A stretch of DNA of 64,000 bases from Octopus vulgaris (GCA_951406725.2 OX597823.1:48360001-48424000); one strand, 5' to 3'. Counted from the first letter of the stretch, positions 24,873-40,455 are shown. The notes: generated by a model not told the origin, from the sequence alone. Numbers and translations: made by a program.

Positions 24873-25644
24873 ATATATATACATATATATATATATATAC
24901 ATATATATGTACATATATATGTACATATATATATATATACATATATATACATATATAAATACATACATACATGCATGCACACATACGTACATGGATACAC
25001 ACACACTCATATATATATATCATCATTTAACATCCATACTGGCATAGGTTGCATGGTTTGACAGGATCTGGTGGATCTTAGAACTGCATCATGCTCCAGT
25101 GTAATCTTTAGTATGATTTCTATTACTGGATGTCCTTCCTAATGCTAACCACTTAACATTATTTAGTGGGTGCTTTTTTGTCTCACCAACACATCCGTCT
25201 AAGAATCATACTGTATATACAACCTTGACAGGTAAGCTACTGTGGTTTTGGTACATAACAAAACCTCTTACAGTTGTGTTGCATTTGAAAAAGCATTAAA
25301 CATTGGAGGAAGACAAAAATCGTCCCAGTAACTTAGAACACCAGATGCATTTCAGCATTTTTTAACCTTGTCAATAAGCTATACGTTCATCCTAAATAAG
25401 GTTTACTGCTTCTCATACAGGAAATGGTGGATAATACCTTTGCTGGCATTACAAAAAGTGGCCAGGTTGAATAAAGAATAGATTGTATGCAACTGAAACA
25501 ATATTAAATTAAAATTGACCTCTATGTATCATACTTAATACACATAGTTTGGCAGGTAAATTACTGAAGTTTTCATATGAGATGAAAAAATTTCTGGACA
25601 CCTGCTGCACTTAAAAACAATATACATTGGAGCATCAAAAAATG

Positions 25645-25697
<53 letters not shown>

Positions 25698-25887
25698 ATA
25701 TATACACCACAGGACAAAATGGAATAAGCAAGACAAAAGAAAACATATGAGACAGAGAGTCACTGATGAGGTCACAGAACGTGTGATGAAAGAACTTTGA
25801 CAATCATATAAACTGTCCTCCAAATAAATAGTGTCCTCCAAAACAATCATCTCTAGGTATAACAATACATATATATATATACATATG

Positions 25888-26135
25888 TGGAGGTGCGTGG
25901 CTTAGTGGTTAGGGTGTCAGCACCATGATCGTAAGATTGTGGTTTTGATTCCTGGACTGGGCGACGCATTGATTTCTTGAGCAAAACACTTCATTTCACA
26001 TTGCTCCAGATCACTCAGCTGGCAAAAATGAGTAACGTTGCGATGGACTGGCGTCCCATCCAGCTGGGGAACACATATGCCATAGAAACCAGGAAACCAG
26101 GCCCATGAGCCTGGCTAGGCTTTAAAAGGGTGCAT
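25888..26135 (+). mobile_element. SINE family 4 (tRNA-derived head, CORE-like)
   Basis: gtggcttagtggttag (A box), ggttttgattcc (B-box-like), cttgagcaaaacactt, and tail gcgatggactggcgtcccatccag. Confidence 0.85.
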
Positions 26136-26166
26136 TTATTTATTATATTCATATATACATATATAC

Positions 26167-26214
<48 letters not shown>

Positions 26215-27689
26215 GCATACATACACACACACACACCTCTCTTTCTCTATCCTTCTCTATATACAGATACACATATACCAACATACACACATACATACAA
26301 ATGTTGGCAATAGGAAAGATATTTGCCCCTAAAATTCTCCCTCAAATATAGCTGTCCAATATACTGGTCATATGGGAAATGTAAAACACTCATGCACATG
26401 TTGATGATGATGATCATGATATATAGATGTGTGCATATGTGTGTATGTATGTGTGTGTGTGCATGTGTATTAGTGAAAGATGCATGCATCACTGAGAAAA
26501 TTGCTAATAAACTGGTGAGTCAAACAAAAATAATTTGAAGTCTAAGCAGATTGAAATCATTTGAATGACAAGTCAGGTAGTACAGATCAATAATAACATT
26601 ATCTCTTTTGATTACATAATAGTATATTTCTAATGTTTATCAGCAAAGCTCATATGATTTGAATCTTATTTATTTGTTACTGCAAACCGTTTAACTGATT
26701 ATACACACATGGGCAGCATGTAGCATTATATAACCATTTCCAAAGAAAAGAACTGAAGACAATTAAAATAAACAACATACAAATAAAAGATAAAAAAAAA
26801 CAAACAACTTAATAAAGCTTACTTTAAATAGGAATTATTCTTGTTGTTGATGAAGATGTTGTGTGTCTTGTTTATACAGTTTAGACTTTTAAGCTTATCA
26901 ATCAAATTATCTTTTCTCAACAGTTTATGTGAGAGGCTTTCATAGATTAAACCTTCAATTATGGATTCACCTAGCTTTTTAAACTATCAATAGTTTGAGC
27001 CGCTTAAATCAATAACTTTTAGCTCATGTTTAACTCAGATTATAGGTAATAGGGATATAATTCAATATATTTGATATAAATTGTTTTCTCAATGATTTTC
27101 GTTTTGCTAACACGGAGGAAGAGAACGTTAAGACCACAATAAAGTCGGCATGATATTCTAAATGTGAATGCACATGCATGTGTGTGCATATAAATGTGTT
27201 TGTGAATGTAAGAAGCAATTATAAAGAGAGAAATACAATGAATATAATCAAAGGAGAGAGAGAGAGAAGGGAGACGGAGAATAAGAGAGCAAGAATGAGA
27301 GAGAGAGAGTGAGAGAAACAGAGAGTGAGAGAAACAGAGAGAGAGTGAGTCAGTGACAGTGTCTGTGCAGGATTATAATGACCAAAAAGAAAACTCAAAT
27401 GTCTGTAATCCTGTGTATTAACTCCAGAATATTCTTGCTTCTCCAAAGATTTAGAGAAATCACCACATAAAACGCAGTAAATATATGAAATATGTAAAAT
27501 GCATTGAAGAATATTCCATTGCAGGAATATAAATAAATATAAATACTTGACAAAGTGTGGTAACCACTGATTTTATTGCAATAATCCATACAACAAAACT
27601 GAAGCAAAAAAAGTATATATATATGTGTGTAAGTGAATATGTGTCTATGTATACATATACATTTATATTTATATATATATAATATTGTG

Positions 27690-28888
<1,199 letters not shown>

Positions 28889-29331
28889 TTCATAAGTATC
28901 CATACATACATATATATATTTGTATGAGTGTGTGCATGCGTGCGTGTGTGTGTATGTATGTATGTATATATAAAGCTTTGAATCCAGATATGGGATGTCT
29001 TTGTTTAAAGCTGACGTATATAAATGGTTGGGTCCACTACAAAGTGCACTAATGGAAGGAGAATCTAAAAGTTACCCAAAACTATGCGTGTGTTCTTGGA
29101 GCATATGATTCTCTTAAGAGAGTGATTTCAATATTTTTGAAGCTTTATATATCTAAAACAACATATGTGTATGCATGGTAGATAGAAAATCTTTGACAAT
29201 GATATCAATGGTTGATGTTCGTGTATGAATAATAATAAGCTAATGGTTGGTACAAGAGGAAAATAAAAGTTAAAGTGTCCTCAGCATAATGAAGCAGTTT
29301 TCTTTTCAATGGATTGTTAATGTAAGCATTT

Positions 29332-29383
29332 TCAAAGCACTCTGATCCATCTTCCAATAGATTTCTTCAAAGCTTCCACCCAC
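29332..29383 (-). other. Candidate exon start (strong 3' splice site)
   Basis: Minus strand ctcaCTAACtcgtatttcttatttatgtttgttacAG|GTGGGTGGAAG gives branch point, U-rich tract and CAG|G. One frame reads WVEALKKSIGRWIRVL*. Confidence 0.35.
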
Positions 29384-30394
29384 CTGTAACAAACATAAAT
29401 AAGAAATACGAGTTAGTGAGATATAAATGTAAAGAAGGAACATGAAACATTGTTTAAAACAAGAGAGAAACTGTTATTAATATCATTATATATAGATATA
29501 TAATGAGATAAGAGAAGTGATAGAATAGATGTTTATTCCATTTGTTGACAGCTGTTTCGTAATATGTATCTGGTTACATCAGCAGTACTACATAATCCAA
29601 CATACATATATGAATACACATATAAGTAATTATTTGGACTTTGGGTATACAGTTAGTAGTATGCTGGAGGATGCAACACAACCAGTTGTACAGTATCCCA
29701 CCCACAAGGGTCCAATGCAACACACATATATATATCGTCAGTAAATCACAAATTGAAAAGAGAAGCACACTCCATTAGGGTCTGACAAGACATATGTAAA
29801 GCTAAATGCTTTATGGATGCAAAACCCTGGGTAACCCTGTGTGTGTATGCGTTTGTGTATGTGTATTTATGTGTCTGGTCTTATGTATGTATGTATGTAT
29901 GTACGTACATACGTATGTATGTATTTGTGCTGTAATGTAATGAACAGACTACACATCAGAACATATCATGGCAAGTCAAACATCAGACTCTGCTATAATA
30001 AGCAAGTTTTCACATTATATATGTTTCACAGGCTTCCACCTTCTACAAATACTATAATGACCATATATGGAACTTACTATAGAAGCAAGAATAAGTCAAT
30101 AAATACAAAAAAATTTCAGGAAAAGTTTAGTAAAATCAAAAAATTAAATAGAGTAAAATGAATTAATCATAAAGATTTATGTACCAAAGACTTGGCCAAA
30201 TATACCCATAGGGTTGGAACAAATAACACATACAATGAACAACAAAAACAAAAATAAAATAATTGAGAAAAATATGGAGAAAATTAATAAGAGATTAATG
30301 AGCTTACATTGGGATCTGATTGATTATTTGAATCTTGTGTAATGTCACAGGATCCAAGAAACTGGCCTTATGAGTTTATGGCTTGGGAAAGATC

Positions 30395-30750
30395 TTTATT
30401 CTTTTACGTGTTTCAGTCATTTGACTGTGGCTATGCTGGAGCACCACCTTAAAATGTTTTAGTCAAAGAAATCCACCCTAGGACTTATTCTTTGTAAGCC
30501 GAGTACATATTCTATCAGTCTCTTTTGCCAAATCACTAAGTTATGGGGACATAAAGACACCAACATCAGTTGTCAAAGTGTGACACACACTCAGAAATAT
30601 TTACACACACACACATATACATATATGACAGGCTTTAGCCAGCCCAAGGTAATAGTAGACGACACTTTCCCAAGGTACCTTGCAGTGGGATTGAACCCAG
30701 AACCATGTGGTTGGGAAGGAAGCTTCTTACCACACAGCCACACCTGTGCC
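30395..30750 (-). mobile_element. SINE family 1
   Basis: Reverse copy with tail (gtttcagtcatttgactgtggc) and head (cttaccacacagccacacctgtgcct). Confidence 0.88.
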
Positions 30751-32631
30751 TTTGATTTTTTTTTGTCTCACCACTAGTATCTCAGTCAGTCAGTCAAGAA
30801 AATAAAATTCTTAACCAAATGTAAACAGTCCAACTTTTTATTGGTTCATCTGGTGAGGTCTATGACAGGTTTCACAATTTTGTTGTATGCTAAACACAGA
30901 TAAGATTAGGTGTAAGTGCCTAGCTCATAAAAGCAGTTCAGGTTATATCTGCAAGATCAAATTGAGGATATTCAGCAGTGTAGTCTTACATGTTCCTAGG
31001 AAAGTTTATATATTGCTGACTAACTTCACACTTTAGAATCTTTTTGAGAGATAAATAAAATATTTAAAACATGGAAGAGTGGCCTATGATTGAAAGGCAT
31101 GAAAGTTAACAGAGAAAAGAGTGAAGGACTGGTTAGTGATAGACAACAGAAAACTCAATTCCTAATAGATAAAAGAGTGACTAGGAATTGAACACTGACA
31201 AATCAGAAAGTAAAAATACAAGGAAAATATTGGCAATAGGTAAGCTAGTGTTGATTTATCTAAAGCATGGATTATTAAAAAGTTGACAAAAGATAATTAT
31301 GCAGTGAGGAAAAAACTTTAGACAGTGATAAAAATACTATTGAATTTTTCAGCAAGAAAACTTTTTGCTGCAAGAAAACTTACTCATCAGTAAGCAATAA
31401 TATTCATTATTTGTGTCAAAGTTATGAAGAAAAATCACAACACGAAAATAAGGGTACAAAATTATATATTGGTTGTTGTAAGAAAACAGAAGTGTTTCAA
31501 GAATACATAATTCAGAAAAGTGATCCACATGAAAAACAATAGTTAATTTTGTGTCGGCATAACTAATGCAAGTGGGGTATTATTCATTCTCAAAACATTA
31601 ATAGTTTGGCAGAGAATGAGAATTTTTGATGTGCCAGATTCTCAGAAGTAGTTCATAGCTCAATTAACTTTAAAATGAAGGCAGCTCGGATGGTTCACTT
31701 GCAGTTGCAATTAAGTCATTCAGATTAGGTTATATAATTAATACTGGCTGGTAGATTTATGAAAAGTCTAATATCAAAGAGAGTAAATAGACTAAGTCAA
31801 GGAAATTATCATCTTTGTTGTCGATAAAGAGTTTTCCTGTCTGAGTAAATGACAAATTATATATGGTATATGCAAGGACTGAATGGTAGTGAAATATAGA
31901 TGATAATAGAGAAGACGAGCATCAATTGAAGGGAAATGAGCTGATAATGGTCTGTTGGATGTACCATATCAATTTACAAAACTGGAAGCACCACAATGTA
32001 GTCACTTGATCTACAAGAAATAGCAGCCAAATCCTTTCCATATTACACTCTAGCACCTTTAGAAAAAAAAAAGGAAGAGCATAATGGATAATGTAGCTTA
32101 GGATAAACTATATCTAAGAAGATTCTCAGTTTTTTATCATGGGTGTATTAAACAACAATAATAATGAAGATTTTTAATTACAAATGAATCATGAAAGTAG
32201 CTTGTGAGCAGAGATATTGGTTGATGAATGAAAGGGGAAATAATTAAATTTGTGTGGAAATGTAAAGCAAATGGGTGATATATTCTGGGGAAAAAGAGTT
32301 CTGAGATGATGGTAAAGGGTACCACATAGAAACAAACCCCTCAAAATCAGCAACAGAATAAATGAAGTGGAATATCTGAGAACATTGGATCTTACAGGAG
32401 AAATGATGCAAGAATCAAATGAATGAACAGCTGTGTTGGATGGCTTTGGGCTTTCTAAACCAAAGAAATAAGAATCACTATAATTTGACAAAAAGGAGGT
32501 GAGAAGAAAAAGCACACTTGTGAGCCAGTGGTTGTAGTATATTCATAAATGAATATTTGCCAACAATCTAAATGACCTTCCTTGGGATGTGATTTTGTGG
32601 TTTACAAGTTTTGTGTACATAGCAACATAAC

Positions 32632-33273
32632 AATCTCTTTTGTTACCATATTTCTGCTGAAATAAGCTGCCTTTGTTTGAAAATAATGAAGAATTTAGTA
32701 AAATATAGTTATCATTAATAAGCTGGTGTTTTTAAGGTGGTAAGCTTGTTGAATTGTTAGCATGAAGGATGAAATGTTTAGCAGAATTTCGTCTGTCTTC
32801 ATGTTCTGAGTTCAGTAAAATTATTCCAGTTGAGTATTAGGGCCACCATATCAACTTGCCCCTCTCCTCTGAAATTGCTGGCTTTGTGCTAAAATTTGAA
32901 ATCAGTATTAAATTAGTGTTTGAAAGGTGGCAAGCTGGCAGAATTATTAACATGCCAGGCAAAATTCTTGGTAGCATTTAATTTTTCTTTCCATGCTCAG
33001 TTCAAATTCTGCTGAGGTTGACTTTGCCTTTCATCCTTTCGGGGTCCATAAATTATGTACCAGTGAAACACTGGGGTCAATGTAATCAACTTGTCTCCTC
33101 CCACAAAATTTCAGGCCTTGAGCCTTTATTAGAAAGGATTATTAAGTTGGTGTTTGAAATATAAGATAACATGAAATTATGATGGAAGGTGTGACTCTTG
33201 AGCTCTTTAAAGCAGTTTGCGTCCAAGACCCAGAGGCAGTCTCAGGCAGGCAGGTTGGTATCCAAAGGGTTAA
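32632..33273 (-). mobile_element. MITE B copy containing two tandem family 2 SINEs (about 32735-32905 and 32925-33140)
   Basis: Homologous to 2796-3016 and ends ccaaagggttaa. An aag.tggtgttt motif recurs around the SINE insertions. Confidence 0.75.
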
Positions 33274-33976
33274 GCAGTACTTCAGTATGGATTACATTTC
33301 ATGTTTGTCAGTAACTGATCAGAACTAAAATATTTATTGACCTGAAAAAGCTCTAATTTTTATAGGATACTGTTCTGACAATGTTTGAGGTCTCCACAAA
33401 GAAGAGTATCAGATATGAAAGGTCTAGCAGCTTCAAAGCACCAATTCCTCTTTTCATGAAACAGCTCAAAGCATTTATCATATTGCCATTTTTCACCTGA
33501 ATTTTAAATCCCCATATTAAAACCAACGATAAAGAGAATCAAAGAACGAGTGTAAAAGTATAAAACTCATTAGTAAGTCTTTTGCATCTTTCCTTTTTAT
33601 TTTTGCAACTGTTTTTTTTTTGTTTTTTTTAGGTGCTACACAATAAACAGTTTCTAGCTAACACTAAATTTGAATTAAAAATTACAAACACGCATGTACA
33701 TAAACTTTACATAAAAAAGCTTTCATAAACTTATATAGAAAAAAATGATGTGATACTTGTAAGTATTAAAAGTTTTATTTGTAAAACTAAATGAATTAAA
33801 ATGATTTGAGATGTAATATGTATCAGCCACAGATATATCTTGCAGCTCTGTCTGATGTTCCAGTTCAACATTGAGAAAAATTACTGCTTATTATTAAAAC
33901 TTCCAATATTCAACAAAATCTAGGAACAGAATATACCTATTAAATATGGGGGAAATAGTTGATGATTGTTACATAT

Positions 33977-34378
33977 AGGTACAGGCATGCCTGTGTGGTA
34001 AGAAGCTTGTTTCCCAACCATACGGTTCCAGGTTGTCTCACTGCATGGTACCTTGGATGAGTGTCTTCTACTAAAGTCTCAAGTTGACCAAAGCGTTGTG
34101 AGTGGGTCTGGTAGAGAGAAACTGGAAGAAGCCCATCATGTGTATGTGTGTGTGTGCATGCATGTTTTTATGTCTGTGTTTGTCTCCCACACAACTTGAC
34201 AACCAGCGCTGGTGATGTCCGTGACTCAACAGTTCAGCAAAAGATACCAATAGAATAAGTACCAGATTTTAAAAAGGAAATAAGTGCTAGGGCCAATTCA
34301 TTCGACTAAAACCCCCTCAAGGTGGTGCCCCAGCATGACCACAGTCTAATGACTGAATCAAGTAAAAGATAAAAAGAT
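33977..34378 (+). mobile_element. SINE family 1, full length
   Basis: Head, CORE-like block, (TG)n, and tail atgactgaatcaagtaaaagataaaa. Confidence 0.88.
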
Positions 34379-35599
34379 ATATATCTGTAAATGAATTTTC
34401 TGAACAAGGTTTAGGCTCATTAATTGATATGATATACTAAATACTGTATGTCTGGTATTGTTAATAAAGACATCTGATGGTTTATGGAAAAACCTACAAT
34501 ATGGAGAGTGCTGACAGATTGTGGATAGAGGGAAAGGACTTTAAATATCCTGTTCAATGTGATAAGGAAATATTTTAAAGCTGAGATACCAAATGCAACA
34601 GAGAATTTTCATTAAATGTAGGAAGCAAAACTGAAGAACTAGCAATCATCGTAGTATTGGAAGAACATGCAGGACATTATAAGAGTGAAACTGGGTTTGT
34701 AGAGGAGTTAATGATTCTGGTTTAAGTGGTTCAAAATAGGATGAAGCTGTGTTCTCTATAATGTGAGCAATTGATTTAAAAGGTAAAAGTGTAAAAAAGT
34801 TTTGTTTATTTTTTCATAGAAGAAAATTCTGTTTTATTAATCAGTGTAGAAAAGTGGTATTAGTCTCAACAAGCTGAATCCTTAAGTAAATTCAATGAAC
34901 TAGTTTTGATTTTCCATTGGAACTATTTCATTCAAGTTTTTAATACGATTGAGAAATGCAAGCACATCTTGTTTGCCTCTGCTTTGAACTCAATAGAGTA
35001 AAGCTACCCAGGAGATACAAGAGAAAAAGTTGAGCATTTAACTCAAACTAAGACACTTGCATGCAATATATATTGACTAATTGATTGATATCAAATACAA
35101 ACTCGGTACTAGATAATGAATCAAGCAAACAGTGGAGCACCTCAATGAATTCTGTAGTCTTAGCCCTCCCCATTCTGAGTCCAAATCCTACAAGAGTTGA
35201 TTTGCCCTTCCATTGACTGGTCATTTGGCATTTAGAATGAACCCAGATGTCTGAGACTAAAGTATTTATTCTAGCATTTCATTGCTTCTACCACTCAAGT
35301 CACTTCACTTGTATTAAGCACAGACTAGACAATCAGGTACAATAAATATTTTTATTTCAACAGACATTTAAATTATTTTCAGCTAAATCTCAAATACCAA
35401 TAATATATATTTTGAAAGTAAACATTAATCATATTATTAACTATATTATCATTATAGTAAGTAATTTCATAATTCTAATAATACAGTAAATATCATTGTT
35501 GTTCTTAGTTGATGATATCTAATGCTCCTACAACTAAGTGAGAAGAAATTTAATTTCCTTCCTTTTGACTTTATCATTCCAGTCACACAGTTTGCTTAC

Positions 35600-36506
35600 A
35601 GGAAGTGTATTATATTCAACATAATCAAAATTAGCTGAAAGGGGTAGAAGACTTTTAATGCTCAATTTGAAATAAGATAAGTCAGTTTATTACATAACAC
35701 TTTGAATACAAGAATTAAAATATTTCAGATTGTATTGGTAGGCAGAAGGTAACTTGTGAAGAAGAAATTGATTAACAAATACTGTGATTTCCTTCTCTGT
35801 GTCATCGACATTTTTCAATATTTTCATCCGTCTGGATTAGATTTTAAAATTGTATGCTAGTATTAGATTGTCCCCTTACATAGTTCCTATTATTTTTGCC
35901 TTTTCATTATAGGTTTAAAAAAATCATTTGACTTTTTGTTCAGCAGATGCTTAAAAAACAAAAAAAATTACAATTCTATTCTATATTCAATAGTTTTCTC
36001 CAATTAAATTTAATTTTCTTGAATCGATTTAAATTTTCCTTTTAATGCTGCAATATACCTTTCAGCAAATATCAAAGGAAGTTTATGTAATTATATTATA
36101 TTGTACTAGACAGTGCCACAATTAGAATGTAATTATAATGATATAATAGTGAACTTGTCTGTTTCTGTAGCAATTGGAAAATCTAGAAAGTATTTGAATA
36201 ATTTACTGAATATAGGCTAAAGTAGAAATATAATTTGTACATACGATGACAAATTTCTGCACAGGAAGAATAGAGGATTTCTTACATTAAAGGAAGTTAC
36301 TTACTGAACACTTCTAACCTAGAGGATGTAAAATTTAATGCCAAGTTTTGAATTGCAATAAAGCAGAAATAATCATCTACATATGCTCCAGGCATATTAA
36401 ATATGAGAGCCAGCAAATTTGCAGCTTTTATACATTTAAATAACTGAGTTAAAATTTACCTTACAAATTTATACTTAAGGACCGACCAGAACCTACCCAG
36501 ATTCCT
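35600..36506 (-). other. Three phase-compatible candidate small exons (36460-36506, 36305-36318, 35600-35634)
   Basis: Each is bounded by AG and GT (atag..AG|gtaaat; cctctag..A|gtaagt; cccctttcag..T|gtaagc). The joined frame reads RNLGRFWSVLKYKFVRLEVFTNFDYVEYNTLP. No homolog recognised. Confidence 0.25.
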
Positions 36507-36619
36507 CTATTTTTTTAAAAGTTGTTTAAATCTTCTGTTCCACACAAAATATTAAACAATATACTCAATAGTACAGTACAACTATTTACACTGAGGTATT
36601 GGTTAAGTGCAATCCCCTA

Positions 36620-37905
36620 CCCCCATACAATGATGTTCTCTCCTCCCCATGAATCTCTCTCCACCTCAAAGCCATCAGCATGATGTTCACCCTTTCTCCA
36701 AACCCTAGCTCTGCCATCTGCCACAGAAATGCAATATAGATTTTTGTCAGAGACAGCTACAGTCCTCCACTGCTGATTTCGTCATTTTACCACAACAAGC
36801 CAGACTACATCTCTATATCTCTCCACTCCCTTGCATTTTCACTTCATGCACTATGCTTACCTCACACTCCCCAATCCTGTCCTCTTGGCCTGTCCCACTG
36901 CTCTCTGCTAGACCCTGACCTGTGTGTTCCACCCACATGTATCAAGGAAACCTTTCACACAACCTACCCCAACAAACCAATCTACATCTCTACGTCTCTT
37001 CTCTTCTTCACATTTCCTCCTTCATACATATTACCTGCCTCTCACTCCCCAATTCTGTTCTTATGGCCCTGTTCCTCTGTATTATTACTATCCAGTAGAC
37101 CCCTGACTCTATATATACCCAAGTTTTCACCACACCCACTTCCACACTCTCTAATCACGCTTCCTCACAATATCCTGCCACTTATATTATGACGCTCAAA
37201 CCTCAAGGGTATACCCTGGCACTTGTCACCACCTGTATCTCTCTCTTCCTTTACTCAACCATTCCATTTATATTCTGATCTCCGTTCCTTTTGAGTTTGC
37301 CCAGCACTCTGCCACCATCTCTATCTTACCATCTCCCACTCTCTCTCTCTCTCCTTCTCATGCACTTCCCTCAGGTAGGGTAACCATGTATCTTCTTTGC
37401 AGCAGCACACCTGTTTCTGTTTTCATTTCTGATCTCTCTCTCTCTCCCTCTCTCTGGCCGGGTAACTTTGTACCCCCTCTACAGCAAGACACCTGTTTCT
37501 GTTTCACTATAACCTTTCCTCATCTGACACAATATCACCTGCTCCAATTCCCCCTCCCCTCTCAAAAGAATTTTTTTTTTTGGTCTTGCAAGGTATTGGT
37601 GACCTTGTCAGTGCAGGTGCCACTTAAAAAGCATCCAGTTCAAATTGTAAAGTGGTTGGTATTTGTAAGGGGATCTAGCTGTAAAAAACCTTGCCAAAAC
37701 TGACCTCGCCTGTGCTTGAGCCTCGTAAAAAGCACTAAATCCAATCTGCTTAGTGGTTGGTGTTAGGAAGGGCATCCAGCTGTAAAAATCCTGCCAATAT
37801 AATCACAGAAGTCTGGTGCAGGCTTCTGCCTGGCCGTCTCCTGTCAAACCATCCCACACAAGCCAGTATGGAAGACAGACATTAAACTATGATGATGATA
37901 ATGAT
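36620..37905 (+). mobile_element. Long pyrimidine-rich repeat ending in a family 3 (RTE-type) tail
   Basis: C/T-skewed body followed by two gtggttgg..taggaagggcatccagctgta-like blocks and a (GAT)n tail. Confidence 0.55.
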
Positions 37906-38177
37906 ATATATATAGCTCTCTCTTTAATTCATGAGTATAACCAAGCAAATATATATTCCATGTACTTTACAAACAGTGCCAGCTTCAAACTAGAATCAAC
38001 CTCCTAAATCTAGCAAACCATTTATTAGTTGTTCTAGTTCTTCATGACTTTCAGAAGTCAAATATTTGAATAAAGTGAAATATATTTGGTTACTAAGTAA
38101 CAGCTTTTATTTCTCTTTAGGTTGCAGATTATAAACACAGGCTAGACTGGCACAGCTATTTTCTTTAAATAAACCCA

Positions 38178-38178
38178 A

Positions 38179-38233
<55 letters not shown>

Positions 38234-38268
38234 TATATATTTATAAATATATATATAAATATATATAA

Positions 38269-38325
<57 letters not shown>

Positions 38326-38458
38326 AATATATATATATATATGTAAATATATATATATATGTAAATATATATATATATATATAAATATATATATATGTAA
38401 ATATATATATATATATATAAATATATATATATGTAAATATATATATATAAATAAATAA

Positions 38459-38492
<34 letters not shown>
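38178..38492. repeat. (TA)n tract with higher-order TAAA/GTAAA interruptions
   Basis: Directly visible. Confidence 0.95.
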
Positions 38493-38498
<6 letters not shown>

Positions 38499-38924
38499 CA
38501 CATACACACATAATAGAATGATAAATAAAGACAGCTTCTTTTTGTTTTTGTTTTTTAGTCAATTAACATGCTCACATAACTTTAAAGTTTATTTGAAATT
38601 ACGTAAAGATGTTTAAGTCTAAAATGTGCAGTGCAAATGGTTATTTCAGCTGCTTAGATTGCAAGTAGGGTTGTGAAATGGAATAAGGACTGACTGTGGT
38701 GTGTTATTATTAATGAACATTTAGTTTTTTAATGTTCATTAGGGGGTGTAAATATGGATTTAATTGATAACAGGTGTGGATATGATGTAAGAGATTTATA
38801 ACCCCTCCACCACCAATGTACTAGGGAACTGACTACAGAAATTCCAGAATAAAAGTGTTGCTACAGAGTTTTGAAGTTTAATATAATATAATATAATATA
38901 ATATAATATAATATAATATATGTA

Positions 38925-39325
38925 TGTCATTATTCAGTTTTATTCAAGATTTCTTGCCAAGAGAAAAAGACGGTTTCTAACCTAGATCCAAAGCTCCTTC
39001 ATTGGAATTTCAACATCAACAGGGTAGTTTTGAATATAAATATATATGTACAGATTTGTATGTTTTGTTTCATGTATGTATTCTCATGCATATAGTTGCA
39101 TGTGTAGACATGCTCAGGTATACTTAAATGATAAACTGGAAAGTTCTACAAATTTTTATCTTATCCAGTGATAAGCTGGATCTGTAGTCTTCAAATCAGC
39201 TTTCTCCTTTCTGGCTTTGAGGAGCCTAATTTCTCAAGATTGGTACTTAGGCAGTACGTTACATATCCCAGTGCCCCAATAATTACAAGTATAAACCTGA
39301 ACTTGTAATCTGGGTAGAGTAAGTG
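38925..39325 (-). mobile_element. 3' end of a restriction-like-endonuclease non-LTR retrotransposon (R4/Dong- or NeSL-like)
   Basis: LLYPDYKFRFILVIIGALGYVTYCLSTNLEKLG..ERRKLI*RLQI carries the IIGALG motif. The 3' UTR has AATAAA and abuts a (TATAA)n tract. Confidence 0.75.
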
Positions 39326-39524
39326 TGTGTGTGTGTGGTGATATATATATGAATATAATCAAAAGGGTAATAATATAGATTGCTACCAGTGACCCAGCAC
39401 AGAGGACGAATTAGTCATTAGACAAAATATTATTCATATAGAAAAATATTATTCATGTAGAAATATAATTAAGGGCTCCTAAATAAGGATGCCAAGTGCT
39501 AGGGATACAAAAAAGGGATAAATT

Positions 39525-39564
39525 TATCGAGAGTGAAAATCAAAAATGCTTTTGATTTTCACTC

Positions 39565-39570
<6 letters not shown>
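39525..39570. repeat. Perfect 21-bp hairpin
   Basis: TATCGAGAGTGAAAATCAAAA-ATGC-TTTTGATTTTCACTCTCGATA, directly followed by (TA)n. Confidence 0.95.
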
Positions 39571-39614
<44 letters not shown>

Positions 39615-40024
39615 TGAAACAACCAGAGCACATGAATTGAAAATTAAGGACACATGTAAAATAATGCTGTTAGAAGCAACTCAGTTGGTAAGTAATTTAG
39701 GCAGTTGCTGTTTCCCTTAAAATCATTTAGTTATATGTCAACAGCATTGCAGTAGAACTTTAACTATGAAGTTAAGTTATTCAATAAGACACTTCGCACA
39801 TCCTCAGAGTAAGATATTTGAATAACTTAACCCTAATCAGAAATTCAACCTGAAATTTAAAAAGAAAATTTTTAAAAAATGAACCATTTGAAGCCATAAC
39901 TATATAGAGATGTTAACTATACAAAGAAGCTGTTCTACTATAGGCAACATATTTGAATTAAATAATGCAACAATATAAGATATGAAGATAGAATGTAAAG
40001 ACTTTTAAATAAATACTACAAGCT

Positions 40025-40455
40025 TGTTGTCGTCGTCTAACGTCCGCTTTTCATGCTAGCATGGGTTGGACAATTTGACTGAGAATTGGCAAACCAGATG
40101 GCTGCACCAGGCTCCAATCTAGATCTGGCAGAGTTTCTACGGCTGGATGCCCTTCCTAACACCAACCACTATGAAAGTGTAGTGGGTGCTTTTATGTGCC
40201 ACCTGCACAGGAGCCAGTCTACCGGCACTGGCAACGACCTCGCTCGAATGTTTTTTCACATGCCACCAGCACAAGTGCCAGTGAGGTGATGCTTGTAACA
40301 ATCACACTCAAATGGTGCCTCTTACATGCCACCAGCATGGAAGCCACTTAGCTGCTCTGGCAATGGTCATGCTCGGATGGTGCTCTTAATGCTCCACTAG
40401 CATGGATGCCAGTCATCGAATTTGATTTTGATTTCACTTACCTCAACAGGTCTTC
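40025..40455 (-). mobile_element. SINE family 3, long form with internal tandem units
   Basis: aacgtccgcttttcatgctagcatgggttggac...ggatgcccttcctaacaccaaccact plus repeated ca.tgccaccagcac units. Confidence 0.9.

Noticed and set aside
25888-25965. tRNA genes at SINE heads
   Set aside because: A/B-box-like motifs continue into SINE bodies and no intact cloverleaf is evident.
33360-33497. PH-like peptide KCFELFHEKRNWCFEA after a CAG|G acceptor
   Set aside because: No phase-compatible donor links it to the 29383 candidate and the acceptor lacks a pyrimidine tract.
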